Shown here piece after piece: positions 34,521 through 36,397 of a DNA stretch of 36,397 nt; within the stretch, counting starts at the first letter, position 1; each line of letters opens with the position of its first letter. Source of the DNA: Octopus bimaculoides. Lineage: Eukaryota. Below the pieces are notes generated by a model. It saw nothing but the letters and a program-made list of their open reading frames with translations. It was not told where the DNA came from and made no database searches. The stretch spans positions 45,449,810-45,486,206 of the forward strand of contig NC_068991.1 in the NCBI RefSeq assembly GCF_001194135.2. Direction: 5' to 3'. The translations under genes and the position numbers were made by a program.

Positions 34521-36111
34521 AGCAACTTGCTGACCTTCAACCAATGAAAGTCATTGTGTCACACCACTCCACTCTCTTCACCTCTCCGCCCTATAACATT
34601 GATACTGTTACAAATGACAGCCATTAATGACGACAACACCATATATTAGATTAATTCTATTTGGTCATTGACCCTCTGAACATATTAACCAAGTCTTCCT
34701 GGAATCACATTGTATTGCCTTAAAAATGTAAAAACAATTCTGTTCTTGAAGGGGTCATGACTGGAATGTCTTTGTAAGTCTTCTCAATCAGTGTGGAGGC
34801 ACATGGCTTAGTGGTTTATTAGGGTAAGATTTGAACCCAGCTCTCAGATGTGTTGTGTTCTTGAGCAGGACACTTCATTTCATGTTGCTCCACTCCACTC
34901 AACTGTAGATATGAATTTAGCCTGGAAAGGGATGGACTCTGCCAGACTTTCTCACCCTAGATACGCTGCATAGCTGCAGCACCCCAGCAACTTGCAAAGG
35001 GTTAAGGGGGCTTGTCATTATCAATCAGGTCTGACCTGGAACTAGCCACCTTGACCACTGTGAGACCACTATGACAATAAAAATGTCCACTACTTTGACT
35101 ACCATCTTCACCACTGCAAACTAATATTAGAGGAAAGGTAAACTGCTTGAAGTAGCAGTATATTCTCCTCCAAATCACACCTAATCATAGCGGTTCTCGA
35201 CTTTACACTACCAATGACCTTTTTAACTTAAATGAGCTTTCTGTCAAATCTAGATGTCTATCAGAAAATTTATTTAAACAAAAGGGGATCTGAGAGCAGG
35301 GTTAAAAATTTAACAAGTTTTGAACTCGGTACAAGGACACCTGTTGTCCCAGTATTACCTTCATGGATCCTTGGTTGGTAACCAATGCTAGATAATGTGG
35401 TCTTTTTTTTTTATATATATTTATTTATTTATTTTTTGCTTTCAACCATTTTGTGCTGACAGCATGTTGGTCCATCTACACCTACTGTGTTCTCCATAGG
35501 CAAGATATCAGATTGGTCACTGAACCTTACGAAGGAGATGACAGATGACACACTGCTGTATTTAAGACCTACCCACCACAACAAAATTGAAATCCTAAAA
35601 TCAAGGTGCCACATAAAAAGCATTGGTGTGGGTGCTGGTGCCATGTAAAAAACATCCAATACACACTATTGAGTGGTTGGCATTAGGAAGGGCATCCAGT
35701 CATAGAAACCAAGTCAAGACAGTCTAGAGAATCGGATTTGCCAGTGCCTGTCAAACTGTCCAACCCACGCCAGCATAGAAAACAGACAATAAATGTTGAT
35801 GATGATGATGGTCTATATCATTGATACTCAACCAGGGTCCATATGGTCCTTAGAGGTCCATATAATATTTTGTTAGAATTTACCTGCAATAAATTGCTTA
35901 TACTTCTACAATACATGAAATATTTATATTTTTTATATAGTTCCTAATAATATTCAGTTATAGGTGCTGATGTGTGTTTGTGTAGTAAGAAACTTGCTTC
36001 CCTACCACATGGTTCTGGTCCCACTGCTTGACACCTTGGACAAGTTTCTTCTACTATTGCCTTGGGCTGACCAAAGCCTTGTGAGTGGATTTGGTTGACA
36101 GAAACTGAAAA

Positions 36112-36344
36112 AAGGCAGCGAGCTGGCAGAAACGTTAGCACGCCGGGCGAAATGCTTAGCGGTATTTCGTCTGCCGCTACGTTCTGAGTTCAAATTCCGC
36201 CAAGATCGACTTTGCTTTTCATCCTTTCTGGGTCGATAAATTAAGTACCAGTTACGCACTGGGGTCGATGTAATCGACTTAATCCCTTTGTCTATCCTTG
36301 TTTGTCCCCTCTGTGTGTAGCCCCTTGTGGGCAGTAAAGAAATA
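36112..36344 (+). mobile_element. Full-length young CORE-type SINE with 15-bp flanking direct repeat, inserted into a family A SINE
   Basis: agaaactgaaaaaag at 36100-36114 and 36345-36359, intact A and B boxes, and many CpGs. The host SINE resumes after the insert. Confidence 0.9.
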
Positions 36345-36397
36345 AGAAACTGAAAAAAGCCTGTCTTATGTGTGTGTGTCTAAGTTCGACAAGTGCT

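Overview
AT-rich, repeat-dense eukaryotic genomic DNA from a gapped draft assembly. It is most likely an octopus or other coleoid cephalopod, which I infer from the SINE/LINE/MITE repertoire and the abundant (TA)n, (CA)n and (TAA)n tracts. The window contains the 3' part of a single + strand gene, Claspin (CLSPN, the Mrc1 orthologue and ATR-Chk1 checkpoint adaptor). I reconstructed 12 GT-AG exons between 1802 and 27710. They join in phase at every junction except one, 6508 to 10705, where a further exon very probably starts at 7139 and runs into the N-gap. The exons encode Chk1-binding-type motifs (LCSGQF, SGKF), the acidic patch, the EFLEDEAELSG/Mrc1-like region, [17 protein letters not shown] and GSFLN...RNFVF. 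The 5' part of the gene lies outside the window and the terminal exon is uncertain. The introns are filled with a decayed mariner, RTE, R4/Dong-like and Hero-like LINE fragments, several tRNA/CORE-type SINE families, piggyBac-type (TTAA) and hAT-type MITEs, a Helentron-like element and a 31-bp minisatellite. I see no convincing new multi-gene system. The most unusual candidates are a recursive-splice-site-like motif, two perfect intronic hairpins, many inverted repeat pairs around exons, and an unidentified decayed minus-strand ORF. All family assignments come from motif recognition by eye, not database searches, and repeat boundaries are approximate.
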